DNA of 64,000 nucleotides from Alphaproteobacteria bacterium (GTDB lineage Bacteria; Pseudomonadota; Alphaproteobacteria; JAGOMX01): NCBI GenBank assembly GCA_017993335.1, contig JAGOMX010000003.1, positions 790 to 64,789 of the forward strand, read 5' to 3'. Shown piece by piece: positions 46,462 to 55,679 of this stretch (position 1 is its first letter; each line of letters starts with the position of its first letter). The notes under the pieces were generated by a model. It saw only the letters and a program-made list of their open reading frames with translations, ran no database searches and was not told where the DNA came from. The position numbers and the translations under genes were made by a program.

Positions 46462-47415
46462 TTGAGAAGAATTTACGCACCTTTAAACTACTTTAAGTCT
46501 AATCTACCATTGCTAATGGCATTGGTTGGGTCTTGTATGTTGGGGCTGTCTCCAATTTTTGTCCGTTTGGCGGACGTGGGGTCCAATGCTATTGGCTGTT
46601 ATCGTATGGTCTTTGCTCTGCCGTTGGTATGGCTGTGGATGCAAATGGAAAACCGAACGAATCCTCCAGAGCAACAGAGCATATCTAAGACTGAATTTTT
46701 AGTGCTGGCCGCAGCCGGTGTCTTTTTTGCACTGGACATTGCTACGTGGCACCTTTCTATACAGATGACCTCCATTATCAATTCGGCTATTTTTAACAAT
46801 CTCACGCCTATTTTTGTGCCTATTTTAATATGGGTTTTATATAAAGCTAGACCCAGCCCCATATATCTTGTTTCAGCTACCGCGGCGATTATTGGTTCTA
46901 TAGTGATGTCAGGAAGCACGTTAAGTCTGGATGCGGATAACTTGGCGGGCGATTTGCTAGCCATTTTTTCGGCGGTGGCTTACACGGGATATATCGTATT
47001 GGTGAAAAGTCTTCGTCACAAATTAAATGCGCCGACGATTATTTTTTATGCCAGTTTCACAAACATCCTTCTTCTAGGTATCTTTGCTGTTCTTTCAGGA
47101 GAGGTGCTGTGGCCGTCTTCATGGCAGGGTTGGGCAGGAATTATTGGGTTGGCCGTATTGGTGCAGATCTTTGGACAAGGGCTTTTGGCGTATTCCATGG
47201 GTAAATTAAGTGCAGCTTTCGTTTCGGTAACGATGTTGCTGGGACCTGTGGTTTCCGCGTTTTTGGGATGGATTATTTTCGGTGAAGCGATAGGCATTTT
47301 CCAAACTTTAGGATGTACAATCGTCTTGTCCAGTATTGTTACGGCCAGTATTGATGAAAGAAGATCGCAAAAACAACCCAGTATCGTTCGTGTCAAGACG
47401 GGTGAAAAAAGCTGA
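46462..47415 (+). CDS. EamA/DMT-family transporter
   Basis: 317 aa with 10 TM helices arranged as two EamA repeats. Confidence 0.75.
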   Translation: MRRIYAPLNYFKSNLPLLMALVGSCMLGLSPIFVRLADVGSNAIGCYRMVFALPLVWLWMQMENRTNPPEQQSISKTEFLVLAAAGVFFALDIATWHLSIQMTSIINSAIFNNLTPIFVPILIWVLYKARPSPIYLVSATAAIIGSIVMSGSTLSLDADNLAGDLLAIFSAVAYTGYIVLVKSLRHKLNAPTIIFYASFTNILLLGIFAVLSGEVLWPSSWQGWAGIIGLAVLVQIFGQGLLAYSMGKLSAAFVSVTMLLGPVVSAFLGWIIFGEAIGIFQTLGCTIVLSSIVTASIDERRSQKQPSIVRVKTGEKS

Positions 47416-47450
47416 CAAAAAACAATAAAAAACGGAAAAGGCATAAAGTT

Positions 47451-48905
47451 ATGAGACGTAATAGAAATACAAAAATTACGGCAACTCTTGGTCCGGCATC
47501 CTCGTCTGAAGACGTGATTGAGCAGTTGTACGTGAATGGTGTGGATATATTTCGCTTAAACTTTTCCCACGGCCTTCATGCCGATCATGCTTTGCGTGTA
47601 GAGACAATCCGTAGATTAGAGTCTAAATATGATCGTCCCATAACCATTGTGCTGGATTTACAAGGACCTAAACTTCGTGTGGGTAGGTTTCAAAATGACT
47701 ATGTGGATTTGAAGAAAGATCAGTCATTTCGTTTGGATCTAGATCCCACATTGGGGGATGAATCCCGGGTGCAATTACCCCACCCAGAAATATTTGCGGC
47801 TCTCGAGCCTATGACGGATCTGTTGGTAGATGACGGAAAAATCCGCTTGAAAGTTTTGAGTTTTGGGGCTGATTTTGCAGAAACAAAAGTGATTGTGCCG
47901 GGGCGTATTTCTCATAATAAAGGCGTAAATGTACCAGGGGTGGCCTTGCCTATATCCGTATTAACGGAAAAAGACCGTAAAGATTTAGCCTTTGGTTTGG
48001 ATTTGGGGGTGGATTTTGTCGCTCTTTCTTTTGTGCAAAAGCCAGAGGATGTCTTAGAGGCCAGAGATCTGATACAGGGTCGTGCTAAAATTATATCCAA
48101 ACTAGAAAAGCCGCAAGCTATTGAACACCTGGAAGAAATCGTTCGTCTGTCCGATGGTGTTTTGGTGGCGCGTGGGGATTTAGGCGTGGAAATGCTACCC
48201 GAAGAAGTTCCCAGTATTCAAAAGCGGATCATCCGTATTTGTCGTGAACAGGGGCGACCGGTTTTGGTGGCCACACAAATGCTCGACTCTATGGTTACCA
48301 GCCCGACACCCACCCGAGCAGAGGCTTCCGATGTGGCAACGGCTGTGTATGATGGAGCCGATGGAGTGATGCTATCAGCAGAGTCTGCCAGTGGGGCTTA
48401 CCCGGTTGAGTCGGTTGCGATGATGGATCGGATTATTCTGCAGGTGGAAAAGGATTCATACTATAAAACCATGTTAGATCTACACCATAGCGTGCCGGAG
48501 GCTACAGCTTCGGATGCGATTACTATGGCTGCCAACCAAGTTTCTCGTACGATTGGGGCGAAGGCAATTGTAACCTATACGGAAACCGGGTCGACGACGT
48601 TGCGGGCTTCGCGAGAAAGGCCAGCGGTGCCTATACTGGCCTTAACTTCAAATATGATTACAGCTCGTCAGTTGAATTTTTCCTGGGGTGTGCATGCGGT
48701 AAAATGCCAAGAGGTTTCTGATTTTTTTCATATGTCAGAAGTAACTTCGCGTTTGGTTCTGGCGGAGGGCTTGGCTAAAGATGGTGATTCCGTAGTGATT
48801 ACGGCGGGCATTCCCTTTGACGTTTCCGATCAAACCCAGATTTTTGCGGCAGGAACTACAAATTTACTGCGGATCTTGCAGGTAAAATCGAGCGCGAGTT
48901 TATGA
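47451..48905 (+). CDS. pyk: Pyruvate kinase
   Basis: 484 aa with TKIxATLGPAS, ARGDLGVE and MLDSM motifs. Confidence 0.9.
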   Translation: MRRNRNTKITATLGPASSSEDVIEQLYVNGVDIFRLNFSHGLHADHALRVETIRRLESKYDRPITIVLDLQGPKLRVGRFQNDYVDLKKDQSFRLDLDPTLGDESRVQLPHPEIFAALEPMTDLLVDDGKIRLKVLSFGADFAETKVIVPGRISHNKGVNVPGVALPISVLTEKDRKDLAFGLDLGVDFVALSFVQKPEDVLEARDLIQGRAKIISKLEKPQAIEHLEEIVRLSDGVLVARGDLGVEMLPEEVPSIQKRIIRICREQGRPVLVATQMLDSMVTSPTPTRAEASDVATAVYDGADGVMLSAESASGAYPVESVAMMDRIILQVEKDSYYKTMLDLHHSVPEATASDAITMAANQVSRTIGAKAIVTYTETGSTTLRASRERPAVPILALTSNMITARQLNFSWGVHAVKCQEVSDFFHMSEVTSRLVLAEGLAKDGDSVVITAGIPFDVSDQTQIFAAGTTNLLRILQVKSSASL

Positions 48906-50233
48906 GTATGGATGCAGATACCGTTTTTCAGCGTCTAAAAAGATACGGGCAAGTATCGACGAAGCTTCCGGGGCTTTTCATGCGATTGGCCAGTGGTCAG
49001 TATATGGATGTGGATCGCGTTCGTTTGGCGCAAGATTTACGAGCGGCATTGGGGGACTTAAAGGGGCCATTGATGAAAGTGGCGCAGATGCTTTCTACGA
49101 TACCGGATGCACTACCCATGGAATATGCCTCTGAATTGGCTCAATTACAATCGAACGCGCCTTCTATGGGCTGGCCTTTTGTGAAAAGGCGGATGCAATC
49201 GGAATTGGGGGCGGACTGGCAGTCTCGTTTTAAGGACTTTGAAAAACAAGCCTGTTCAGCGGCTTCTTTAGGTCAAGTGCACAAGGCGACGCATCTGAAT
49301 GGTGAGGCTTTGGCCTGTAAGCTGCAATATCCACAAATGGCATCGGTTGTGGAGGCGGATCTGGCGCAGTTGCGATTTATTTTTAAGTTTTATGAAAAAT
49401 ATGACAGTGCAATTCAAACCAGCAAAATTCTCGACGAAATTTCTGATCGGCTGTTAGAAGAGCTGGATTACGAAAGAGAGGCCAAACATATAGCCTTGTA
49501 TGCCTATATGTTAAAAAATCAACCGCAAGCCCATGTGCCGCAGGCTTATTCCGAATTATCGACGAGCCGTTTACTCACGATGAGCTGGCAAGAAGGCGTG
49601 CCTCTTCGTCAGATTATGGATCGCTCGCAGGAATGCCGTAACCAAATTGCCCGACAGATGTTTCGGGCTTGGTATGAGCCATTTTATTCTTATGGCGTGA
49701 TTCACGGAGATCCTCATCTGGGGAATTATACATTCCGAGAGGATAATTCCGTTAATCTTATGGATTTTGGCTGTTTGCGTATATTTCCCGCAAAGTTTGT
49801 GGGCGGTGTGATTCACCTGTATAAGGCTTTGCTCACCAATGATATGGATATGGCTGTGGAGGCCTATAAAAGCTGGGGGTTTGAAAACCCGAGCAAAGAA
49901 TTAATTGAGGTTCTAAATGGCTGGGCCAGATTCTTGTATGGTCCTGTTATGGATAATCGGGTGCGCCATATTGATGAAACACGTAAAGGGATTTATGGAC
50001 GAGAGGTGGCGGCAAAAGTTCATGAGGAGCTGAGAAAAATTGGCGGGGTTACGCCGCCGGCAGAATTCGTCTTTATGGATCGGGCTGCCATAGGTTTAGG
50101 ATCGGTTTTTCTGCATCTAAAGGCAGAGTTGAATTGGTATGAAGAATTCCAAATGTTAATACAAGACTTCTCACCAGAAAAAATGCAAAGCCAACAACAA
50201 AAGGCAATGATCGCCGCGGGCCTAGAATACTGA
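48902..50233 (+). CDS. ABC1/UbiB-family atypical kinase
   Basis: 443 aa with ABC1 kinase motifs (AAASLGQVHKA, HGDPHLGN, MDFG). Its stop codon TGA is the first three bases of the MITE C2 left TIR. Confidence 0.75.
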   Translation: MSMDADTVFQRLKRYGQVSTKLPGLFMRLASGQYMDVDRVRLAQDLRAALGDLKGPLMKVAQMLSTIPDALPMEYASELAQLQSNAPSMGWPFVKRRMQSELGADWQSRFKDFEKQACSAASLGQVHKATHLNGEALACKLQYPQMASVVEADLAQLRFIFKFYEKYDSAIQTSKILDEISDRLLEELDYEREAKHIALYAYMLKNQPQAHVPQAYSELSTSRLLTMSWQEGVPLRQIMDRSQECRNQIARQMFRAWYEPFYSYGVIHGDPHLGNYTFREDNSVNLMDFGCLRIFPAKFVGGVIHLYKALLTNDMDMAVEAYKSWGFENPSKELIEVLNGWARFLYGPVMDNRVRHIDETRKGIYGREVAAKVHEELRKIGGVTPPAEFVFMDRAAIGLGSVFLHLKAELNWYEEFQMLIQDFSPEKMQSQQQKAMIAAGLEY

Positions 50234-50375
50234 GACCCTTTCAAAACGTCTTTTTTGGGTGATTTCGTCGTCAAGGTTCCGCTTCCGGTGCTCACGTACG
50301 AAGAGGTACGCTGCGCTCCGGTTCTCACCTTTCCTATAAATCCCTCCAAAAAAGCCAGTTTTGAAATGGCCTCAA
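50231..50375. mobile_element. MITE-like element, family C (copy C2)
   Basis: TIRs are tgagaccctttcaaaacg ... cagttttgaaatggcctca. It is flanked by atac/atactga. It shares >90% identity with the copy at 44823-44966. Confidence 0.65.
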
Positions 50376-50552
50376 TACTGAAAATTTTCTATGCAATAAA
50401 AATGCGAAAGATTATCGAATTCTGTGGGTTGCATTCTATATACTCTGTGATATCCTAATTGCATAAGAATTGCCTCGGTATAAAAGAAACCTTTTAATAA
50501 CAGGTTTTTTTGAATACTCAGAAAATAAAAAATAATAATAAATGGAGGTTAC

Positions 50553-50867
50553 ATGTCTGCCAAAGCTAGAACTTTAACGCGTTCAGATCTATCGGATAAA
50601 TTATCGCGTTCTTTAGGGTTGTCTCGTCAACAATCAGTGGATGTTTTGGAAGCAGCGTTAGAGTTGCTTTCCAAGGGTTTGCAAAAAGAAGGTCATGTGA
50701 AGATTTCTTCTTTTGGTACATTCCATGTGCGCGCAAAAAATGAGCGTGTAGGGCGCAATCCGAAAACTGGAAAAGAAGTTATGATTACGCCTCGTCGTAG
50801 TTTATCTTTCCGGGCCTCAACAATTCTTAAGGATTCTGTAGAGAGAGGTCATCGCCGTCGTGCTTAG
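50553..50867 (+). CDS. ihfA: Integration host factor subunit alpha
   Basis: 104 aa. GRNPKTGKEVMITPRRSLSFRAS matches the IHF-alpha DNA-binding arm. Confidence 0.8.
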   Translation: MSAKARTLTRSDLSDKLSRSLGLSRQQSVDVLEAALELLSKGLQKEGHVKISSFGTFHVRAKNERVGRNPKTGKEVMITPRRSLSFRASTILKDSVERGHRRRA

Positions 50868-51585
50868 GAAGACATGCTTTTCAGCTGGTTTTTTTCTGGC
50901 GGCTATGGTTCAGGCTGAATCTCCAAAAACACTCAAGGCGTGTACGGTTTCGTGGCCGCCTTTTGTGGTGATGGAAGGAAATGTGGTCGGTGGATCGGAT
51001 ACAACTATATTACGCAATCTGGTTAAAAAAATGGGATTTGCGGATGTGGAGGTGGAAGAGGTTCCCTGGAAACGTTGTCTGAAACTAGCCGAAGAAGGGC
51101 AGGTAGATATTGTCTATCCCGCCTCAAAAAAACCCGATCGTGAAGTATATTTGCACTATCCAAAAGTAGCGTTACATCCTGTATCTTATGTGTTTGTTAC
51201 AAAAAAAGATGCGCCACAGTCGTGGACAACAGATAAAAATGTATCGTCTCTGCCCCAGCCCATTGGCATTCCTTTAGGTTATTCCATCGCAGAAAAATTA
51301 CGATTAGAGCCAGCTACAAAATTTGATGAAAATGCAAAGGATGATCTCGTCAATATGCAAAAGCTTCTGCTGGGGCGTGTCGGCACGATTATTATTGAAA
51401 AGATGAATGCCAAGGCTTTAATTGAATCGTTAAAGGCAAGTGATAAGCTGGTTATTTTGGACCAGCCTTATCATAAGGATAAAGAATACTACGTAACGAT
51501 CAGCAAAAAATCACCTGTTTTTGATGCGTTAGTTGAAAAAATGGATAAAGAGCTACCGGCTCTTGTGCCAAAACATGCGGATTAG
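50860..51585 (+). CDS. Periplasmic substrate-binding protein (SBP family 3-like)
   Basis: 241 aa with a signal peptide and the family-3 SBP pattern. Overlaps ihfA by 8 nt. Confidence 0.6.
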   Translation: MLRKTCFSAGFFLAAMVQAESPKTLKACTVSWPPFVVMEGNVVGGSDTTILRNLVKKMGFADVEVEEVPWKRCLKLAEEGQVDIVYPASKKPDREVYLHYPKVALHPVSYVFVTKKDAPQSWTTDKNVSSLPQPIGIPLGYSIAEKLRLEPATKFDENAKDDLVNMQKLLLGRVGTIIIEKMNAKALIESLKASDKLVILDQPYHKDKEYYVTISKKSPVFDALVEKMDKELPALVPKHAD

Positions 51586-51730
51586 TTTGGTTTTGTTTAT
51601 GTCTTGATAGTTGTGTATTTATAGTATGCAGGTGGGGCTCCATGCCTATTCTAAAATAAAACCCTCACATTTTTTTATTTCTATCAGCATATTCCGTCAT
51701 TTTTTGACTCATCTAATACCAATTATCATA

Positions 51731-51932
51731 AATAAGTATCATTACCCCCGTCATTCTGAGTGCGGCTCCGCGCAGCGGAGTTAGCGAAGAATCCAGGCGC
51801 AAGAGTGCCGCGCAGGCGGCTCCTTATAGACTATATAGAGCCACTAAAGTGGCACTTGTGTGCCTGGATCTTTCACTTACTCCGCTGGCGCGGAGCTGCG
51901 TTCAAGATGACGGGTGTTATGATACTTATTTA
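51731..51932. mobile_element. MITE-like element, family B (copy B2)
   Basis: Extended TIRs are aaataagtatcattacccccgtcattctgag ... tcaagatgacgggtgttatgatacttattta. Its internal arms match the copy at 40321-40528 in reverse orientation. Confidence 0.65.
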
Positions 51933-52069
51933 TGATAAAAGGTATAATACTTGGTCGTAAATATATGATATTTTTATTATGATATATTAAAAATTTTTAT
52001 TGTTAACCTTATGCAAATAAGGTAGAGCTCTTAACAGAGTATAACGTTAATTTTAATGGAATAATTATT

Positions 52070-52963
52070 ATGAATATGTATAAAGCTTCTTTATTGTCAT
52101 CTTTATTTTCTGTGGTGGCTATGGCGCAAGTTATGGCTAGTGATGATTTGACTTTCATGGGGAAAGAAGAGCGGATTTCTGGGGGTGGTGTGTCTGCAGT
52201 GACGCCTCTCTTTCCTGGCCTTTCACGAGACATGAAGAATTTGATTTTAGGCAAATACTTAGACGGTAAAGATCGTCTGAAATTAAGGGTCGTTAGCAGA
52301 GATGCGAAAGCTATGGTTGATGATTTCGGTTGTCTAAAACTAAAATACACAATGACGACAGAGCAAATAATCGAGTTTTTCAAAAGGAGCGGAGCGTCTG
52401 TCCAGCATATGAATTTTTCTAATTTACGCCCTGTATGTACAGATAGTGTGCTTGCAGCAATTAAAGAATTTTGCCCTAAAATTAAATCTGTGAGTCTGTC
52501 TGATTGCACCAAAATAACAGATGAGGGTCTGGCTCATTTGGCTGGTGCCATAGCTGTGGATCTGTCTGATTGCACCCAAATAACAAACGCGGGTCTGGCT
52601 CATTTGTCTAGCGCTATAGAGGTGATTCTGTCTGATTGCACCCAAATAACAAACGCGGGTCTGGCTCATTTGTCTCGTGCCACAGCGGTGGGTCTGTCTG
52701 GTTGCACCCAAATAACAGACGCGGGTCTGGCTCATTTGGCTGGTGCCACAATGGTGGATCTGTCTGGTTGCGCCCAAATAACAAACGCGGGTCTGACTCA
52801 TTTGTCTCGTGCTACAGCGGTGGATCTGTCTGGTTGCACCCAAATAACAGACGCGGGCCTGGCCCATTTGTCTCGTGCCACAGTGGTGTATCTGTATGGC
52901 ACTCAAATAACGATGTCTGCTAAACAGGCTCTACTAAAGCGTGGTGTGCGCGTTTGTTTTTAG
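52070..52963 (+). CDS. Eukaryotic-like F-box / cysteine-containing LRR (FBXL-type) protein; candidate host-ubiquitination effector
   Basis: 297 aa with a signal-like N-terminus. An F-box-like segment (LSRDMKNLILGKYLDGKDRLKLRVVSRDAKAMV) is followed by ≥7 repeats of LSDCTQITNAGLAHL (LRR_CC type, as in Skp2/FBXL proteins). Confidence 0.75.
   Translation: MNMYKASLLSSLFSVVAMAQVMASDDLTFMGKEERISGGGVSAVTPLFPGLSRDMKNLILGKYLDGKDRLKLRVVSRDAKAMVDDFGCLKLKYTMTTEQIIEFFKRSGASVQHMNFSNLRPVCTDSVLAAIKEFCPKIKSVSLSDCTKITDEGLAHLAGAIAVDLSDCTQITNAGLAHLSSAIEVILSDCTQITNAGLAHLSRATAVGLSGCTQITDAGLAHLAGATMVDLSGCAQITNAGLTHLSRATAVDLSGCTQITDAGLAHLSRATVVYLYGTQITMSAKQALLKRGVRVCF
52490..52905 (+). repeat. Near-identical 69-72-bp tandem DNA repeats (x6) encoding the LRR_CC units
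   Basis: The block tgtctgattgcacccaaataacaaacgcgggtctggctcatttg... is repeated with few substitutions. Confidence 0.8.
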
Positions 52964-53053
52964 CCCCTTTCCGTTCTGGCGATGTCTTGTAAACTTTTAT
53001 GATGCAGATGATAAATAGTCTTTAGATCAGGTTGGGAGATTGGGTTTTTGGAT

Positions 53054-53073
53054 TATCAATGTAGTTTTTCATG
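53054..53073. repeat. Solo TIR fragment of MITE family A
   Basis: tttttcatgcgtaagtcctg matches the right TIR and adjacent bases of the family A elements. Confidence 0.4.
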
Positions 53074-53190
53074 CGTAAGTCCTGCCTTGGTTTGATGATC
53101 TGCTTGCCTGTCTGTTATATATGGGGTAAATACAGTTTATAGGGTTTGCTTCAAAAGGCTCTTCTATTATTTACACGAAGGAGATTTCTA

Positions 53191-54084
53191 TTGCGTAAGA
53201 TCAAAAAGGCTGTCTTTCCCGTCGGTGGTTTAGGGACGCGGTTTTTGCCTGTTACAAAATCGATGCCGAAGGAAATGTTGGCGGTTGTAGATAAGCCTTT
53301 GATTCAGTATGCGGTCGAGGAGGCTTTGGCGGCTGGGATACAAGAATTTATTTTTGTAACGGGTAAGGGTAAAACGTCTATTGAAGACTATTTTGATCAC
53401 TCGCCTGAACTGGAACAAGCCTTAAAGGATCGTGGGCAAGTTGTGGAGTTGGAAAATTTAAATACTCTTTTGCCCAGTGCGTGGCAGATTGCCTATACGC
53501 GGCAACTGAAACCTCTCGGGTTGGGGCATGCGATTTGGTCGGCTCGGCATTTAATTGGAGACGATCCTTTTGCCGTATTTTTGGCGGATGATTTAATCGT
53601 TTCGGGGCGCCCCTGTATGATGGAAATGGTGGAGGCATATGAAGCAAAACCAGCTAACTATTTGGCGGTGATGGAGGTCGCGGAAAACGAGACGAGTCGT
53701 TATGGTATTATTGAACCGATCTCTAGCGGTTTTGAGAATAATCTGATAGCCATAAAAGGGATGATCGAAAAACCCAAGGCAAATCCACCCTCCCATTTGG
53801 CAATTATAGGCAGGTATATTCTGGATCCCCAAGTCTTAAAAATTCTGGATACGCAAAAACCCGGCAGTGGTGGGGAAATACAATTAACCGATTCTTTGTT
53901 GGCCTTATTGCAAACGCAAGCTTTCTATGGGGTGCGTTTTAGTGGAAAGCGCTTTGATTGCGGTAGTAAAATCGGATTGCTGAAAGCAAGCCTACATGAA
54001 GCTTTAAAAAGACCGGATATGGCTGAGGAATTGCACCAAGAGATTAAAAGTATTCTGGAAAATGATAGGGAAGCAAAGGCTTAA
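53191..54084 (+). CDS. galU: UTP--glucose-1-phosphate uridylyltransferase
   Basis: RKIKKAVFPVGGLGTRFLPVTKSMPKEML is the canonical GalU N-terminus. I trimmed the start to a TTG preceded by an AAGGAG SD at 7-nt spacing; the ORF-track start at 53146 is a longer alternative. Confidence 0.8.
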   Translation: MRKIKKAVFPVGGLGTRFLPVTKSMPKEMLAVVDKPLIQYAVEEALAAGIQEFIFVTGKGKTSIEDYFDHSPELEQALKDRGQVVELENLNTLLPSAWQIAYTRQLKPLGLGHAIWSARHLIGDDPFAVFLADDLIVSGRPCMMEMVEAYEAKPANYLAVMEVAENETSRYGIIEPISSGFENNLIAIKGMIEKPKANPPSHLAIIGRYILDPQVLKILDTQKPGSGGEIQLTDSLLALLQTQAFYGVRFSGKRFDCGSKIGLLKASLHEALKRPDMAEELHQEIKSILENDREAKA

Positions 54085-54086
54085 AT

Positions 54087-55460
54087 ATGTATGAAGTGGA
54101 TGCCACAATTCTGCGGGCTTATGATGTGCGTGGGATTTATGGGAAAAATTTAACGGCGGAAACTGGCTATCTGTTAGGCAAGGCTTTTGCGGTTGATTTG
54201 CTTGCGCAGGGGGGTGCTTGTGTTTGCGTTGGGCATGATGTGCGATTGAGTTCTCCCGAATTGGAGAATGCGGTGGTTGCAGGTTTGTCCGAAAGTGGCT
54301 TACGGGTCTTGCGTATTGGAACCGGGCCGAGCCCTATGCTGTATTTTGCACAAAAACATCTTGGAGCCGATGCCGGCATAATGATTACGGGATCTCATAA
54401 TCCAGCTGAATATAATGGGATTAAGTTTTGCCTTAAAAGCGGGCCTTTCTTTGGTGAGGATATTCAACGCTTAGGCGAAATTGCACGTGCTGGAGCATTT
54501 GTAGAGAAACCGGGTGTGATCGAAAATGTCAGCGTTATAGAAGAGTACGTGGCCAGGCTCATGCAGGATTATACGGGCCATTACAGCCAATCCCGCGCGT
54601 TAAAGATTGTTTGGGATCCAGCAAATGGTGCGGCTTGTAATGTATTAGAGTATTTGCTGCCCTTATTGCCAGGAGAGCATATGGTTTTAAATGGCATGGG
54701 GGATGGTAATTTTCCGGCCCACCACCCGGATCCTTGCGTCGAAAGTAACATGGTGCAATTGGCCAGGGCCGTACAGGATACGGGAGCTGATTTAGGTATT
54801 GGTTTTGATGGGGATGCAGATCGTATAGGTGTGGTAGATGGTGAAGGGCGCTTGATTATGGGGGATCAGTTGCTAGCTTTCTACGCGCAGGAACTGGCAA
54901 AGACGCATGCAGGTAAACCTGTTCTGATAGATGTAAAGTCTGGGCAATCTGTGTTGGATCGGTTACAGGATTTAGGACTTCGGGGAGAGCTTACGCGTAC
55001 GGGGCATTCTTATATCAAAAAACGCATGCAGGAGCTCAATTGTCCGCTCGCTGGTGAGATGAGTGGTCACATGTTTTTTGCGGATCGTTATTACGGGTTT
55101 GACGATGGGATCTACGCGGCTATTCGGTTGATCGGGGCTTTAGGGTTGGAGAGTTATTCATTGTCTGAATGGCTTGGCGCTTTTCCACCCACCTATATCA
55201 CGCCAGAAAGCTGGCATGACTGCGCCGATACGGTAAAGTTTGGCGTTATCGAGACAATTAGAAAAAAACTGATTGAGCAGCAAGCGGACTTCATTGATGT
55301 GGATGGTGTGCGGGTGTCTACGCCGGATGGATGGTGGTTGATACGTGCATCCAATACGCAAGCGGTTATCGTTTCCCGTGCAGAGGGAAAGACGACAGAA
55401 GGTTTGAAACGTTTGCTAAAAGATGTCAATGATCATCTAAACCAAGCTGGGGTTTTTTGA
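54087..55460 (+). CDS. Phosphomannomutase/phosphoglucomutase
   Basis: 457 aa with the active-site loop TGSHNPAEYNG and the Mg-binding site GFDGDADR. Adjacent to galU. Confidence 0.85.
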   Translation: MYEVDATILRAYDVRGIYGKNLTAETGYLLGKAFAVDLLAQGGACVCVGHDVRLSSPELENAVVAGLSESGLRVLRIGTGPSPMLYFAQKHLGADAGIMITGSHNPAEYNGIKFCLKSGPFFGEDIQRLGEIARAGAFVEKPGVIENVSVIEEYVARLMQDYTGHYSQSRALKIVWDPANGAACNVLEYLLPLLPGEHMVLNGMGDGNFPAHHPDPCVESNMVQLARAVQDTGADLGIGFDGDADRIGVVDGEGRLIMGDQLLAFYAQELAKTHAGKPVLIDVKSGQSVLDRLQDLGLRGELTRTGHSYIKKRMQELNCPLAGEMSGHMFFADRYYGFDDGIYAAIRLIGALGLESYSLSEWLGAFPPTYITPESWHDCADTVKFGVIETIRKKLIEQQADFIDVDGVRVSTPDGWWLIRASNTQAVIVSRAEGKTTEGLKRLLKDVNDHLNQAGVF

Positions 55461-55516
55461 ATATCCTTATCGAAATGCAGCAGAAATGGCATCACAAATG
55501 CCATAAATGCAGCAGA

Positions 55517-55545
55517 AATGGCATTTGCGATGCCATTTTTGCTGG
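55517..55545 (+). terminator. Candidate rho-independent terminator after the phosphomannomutase gene
   Basis: Stem aaatggcat / atgccattt with a 5-nt loop, running into T5. It is the second copy of a 33-bp tandem duplication (aaatgcagcagaaatggcat...). Confidence 0.45.
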
Positions 55546-55552
55546 TAAAATC

Positions 55553-55668
55553 ATTATAGACTATATAGAGCCACTAAAGTGGCGCTTGTGTGCCTTGATC
55601 TTTCTCTCACTCAGCTGACGCTGAGTTTCAATCAGGATGACGGGAATTATGGTGCTTATTTATGGTAA
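55553..55668. mobile_element. Half copy (right arm) of MITE family B
   Basis: ...atagactatatagagccactaaagtggcgcttgtgtgcc...tcaggatgacgggaattatggtgcttatttatgg matches one arm plus the TIR of family B. Confidence 0.5.
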
Positions 55669-55679
55669 GTGGTAGTGCC

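Noticed and set aside
52424-52923. A minus-strand 160-aa ORF and a plus-strand 95-aa ORF overlapping the F-box/LRR gene
   Set aside because: They are generated by the 72-bp tandem DNA repeats, which keep alternative frames open. The LRR_CC reading frame is the only one with a coherent domain structure.
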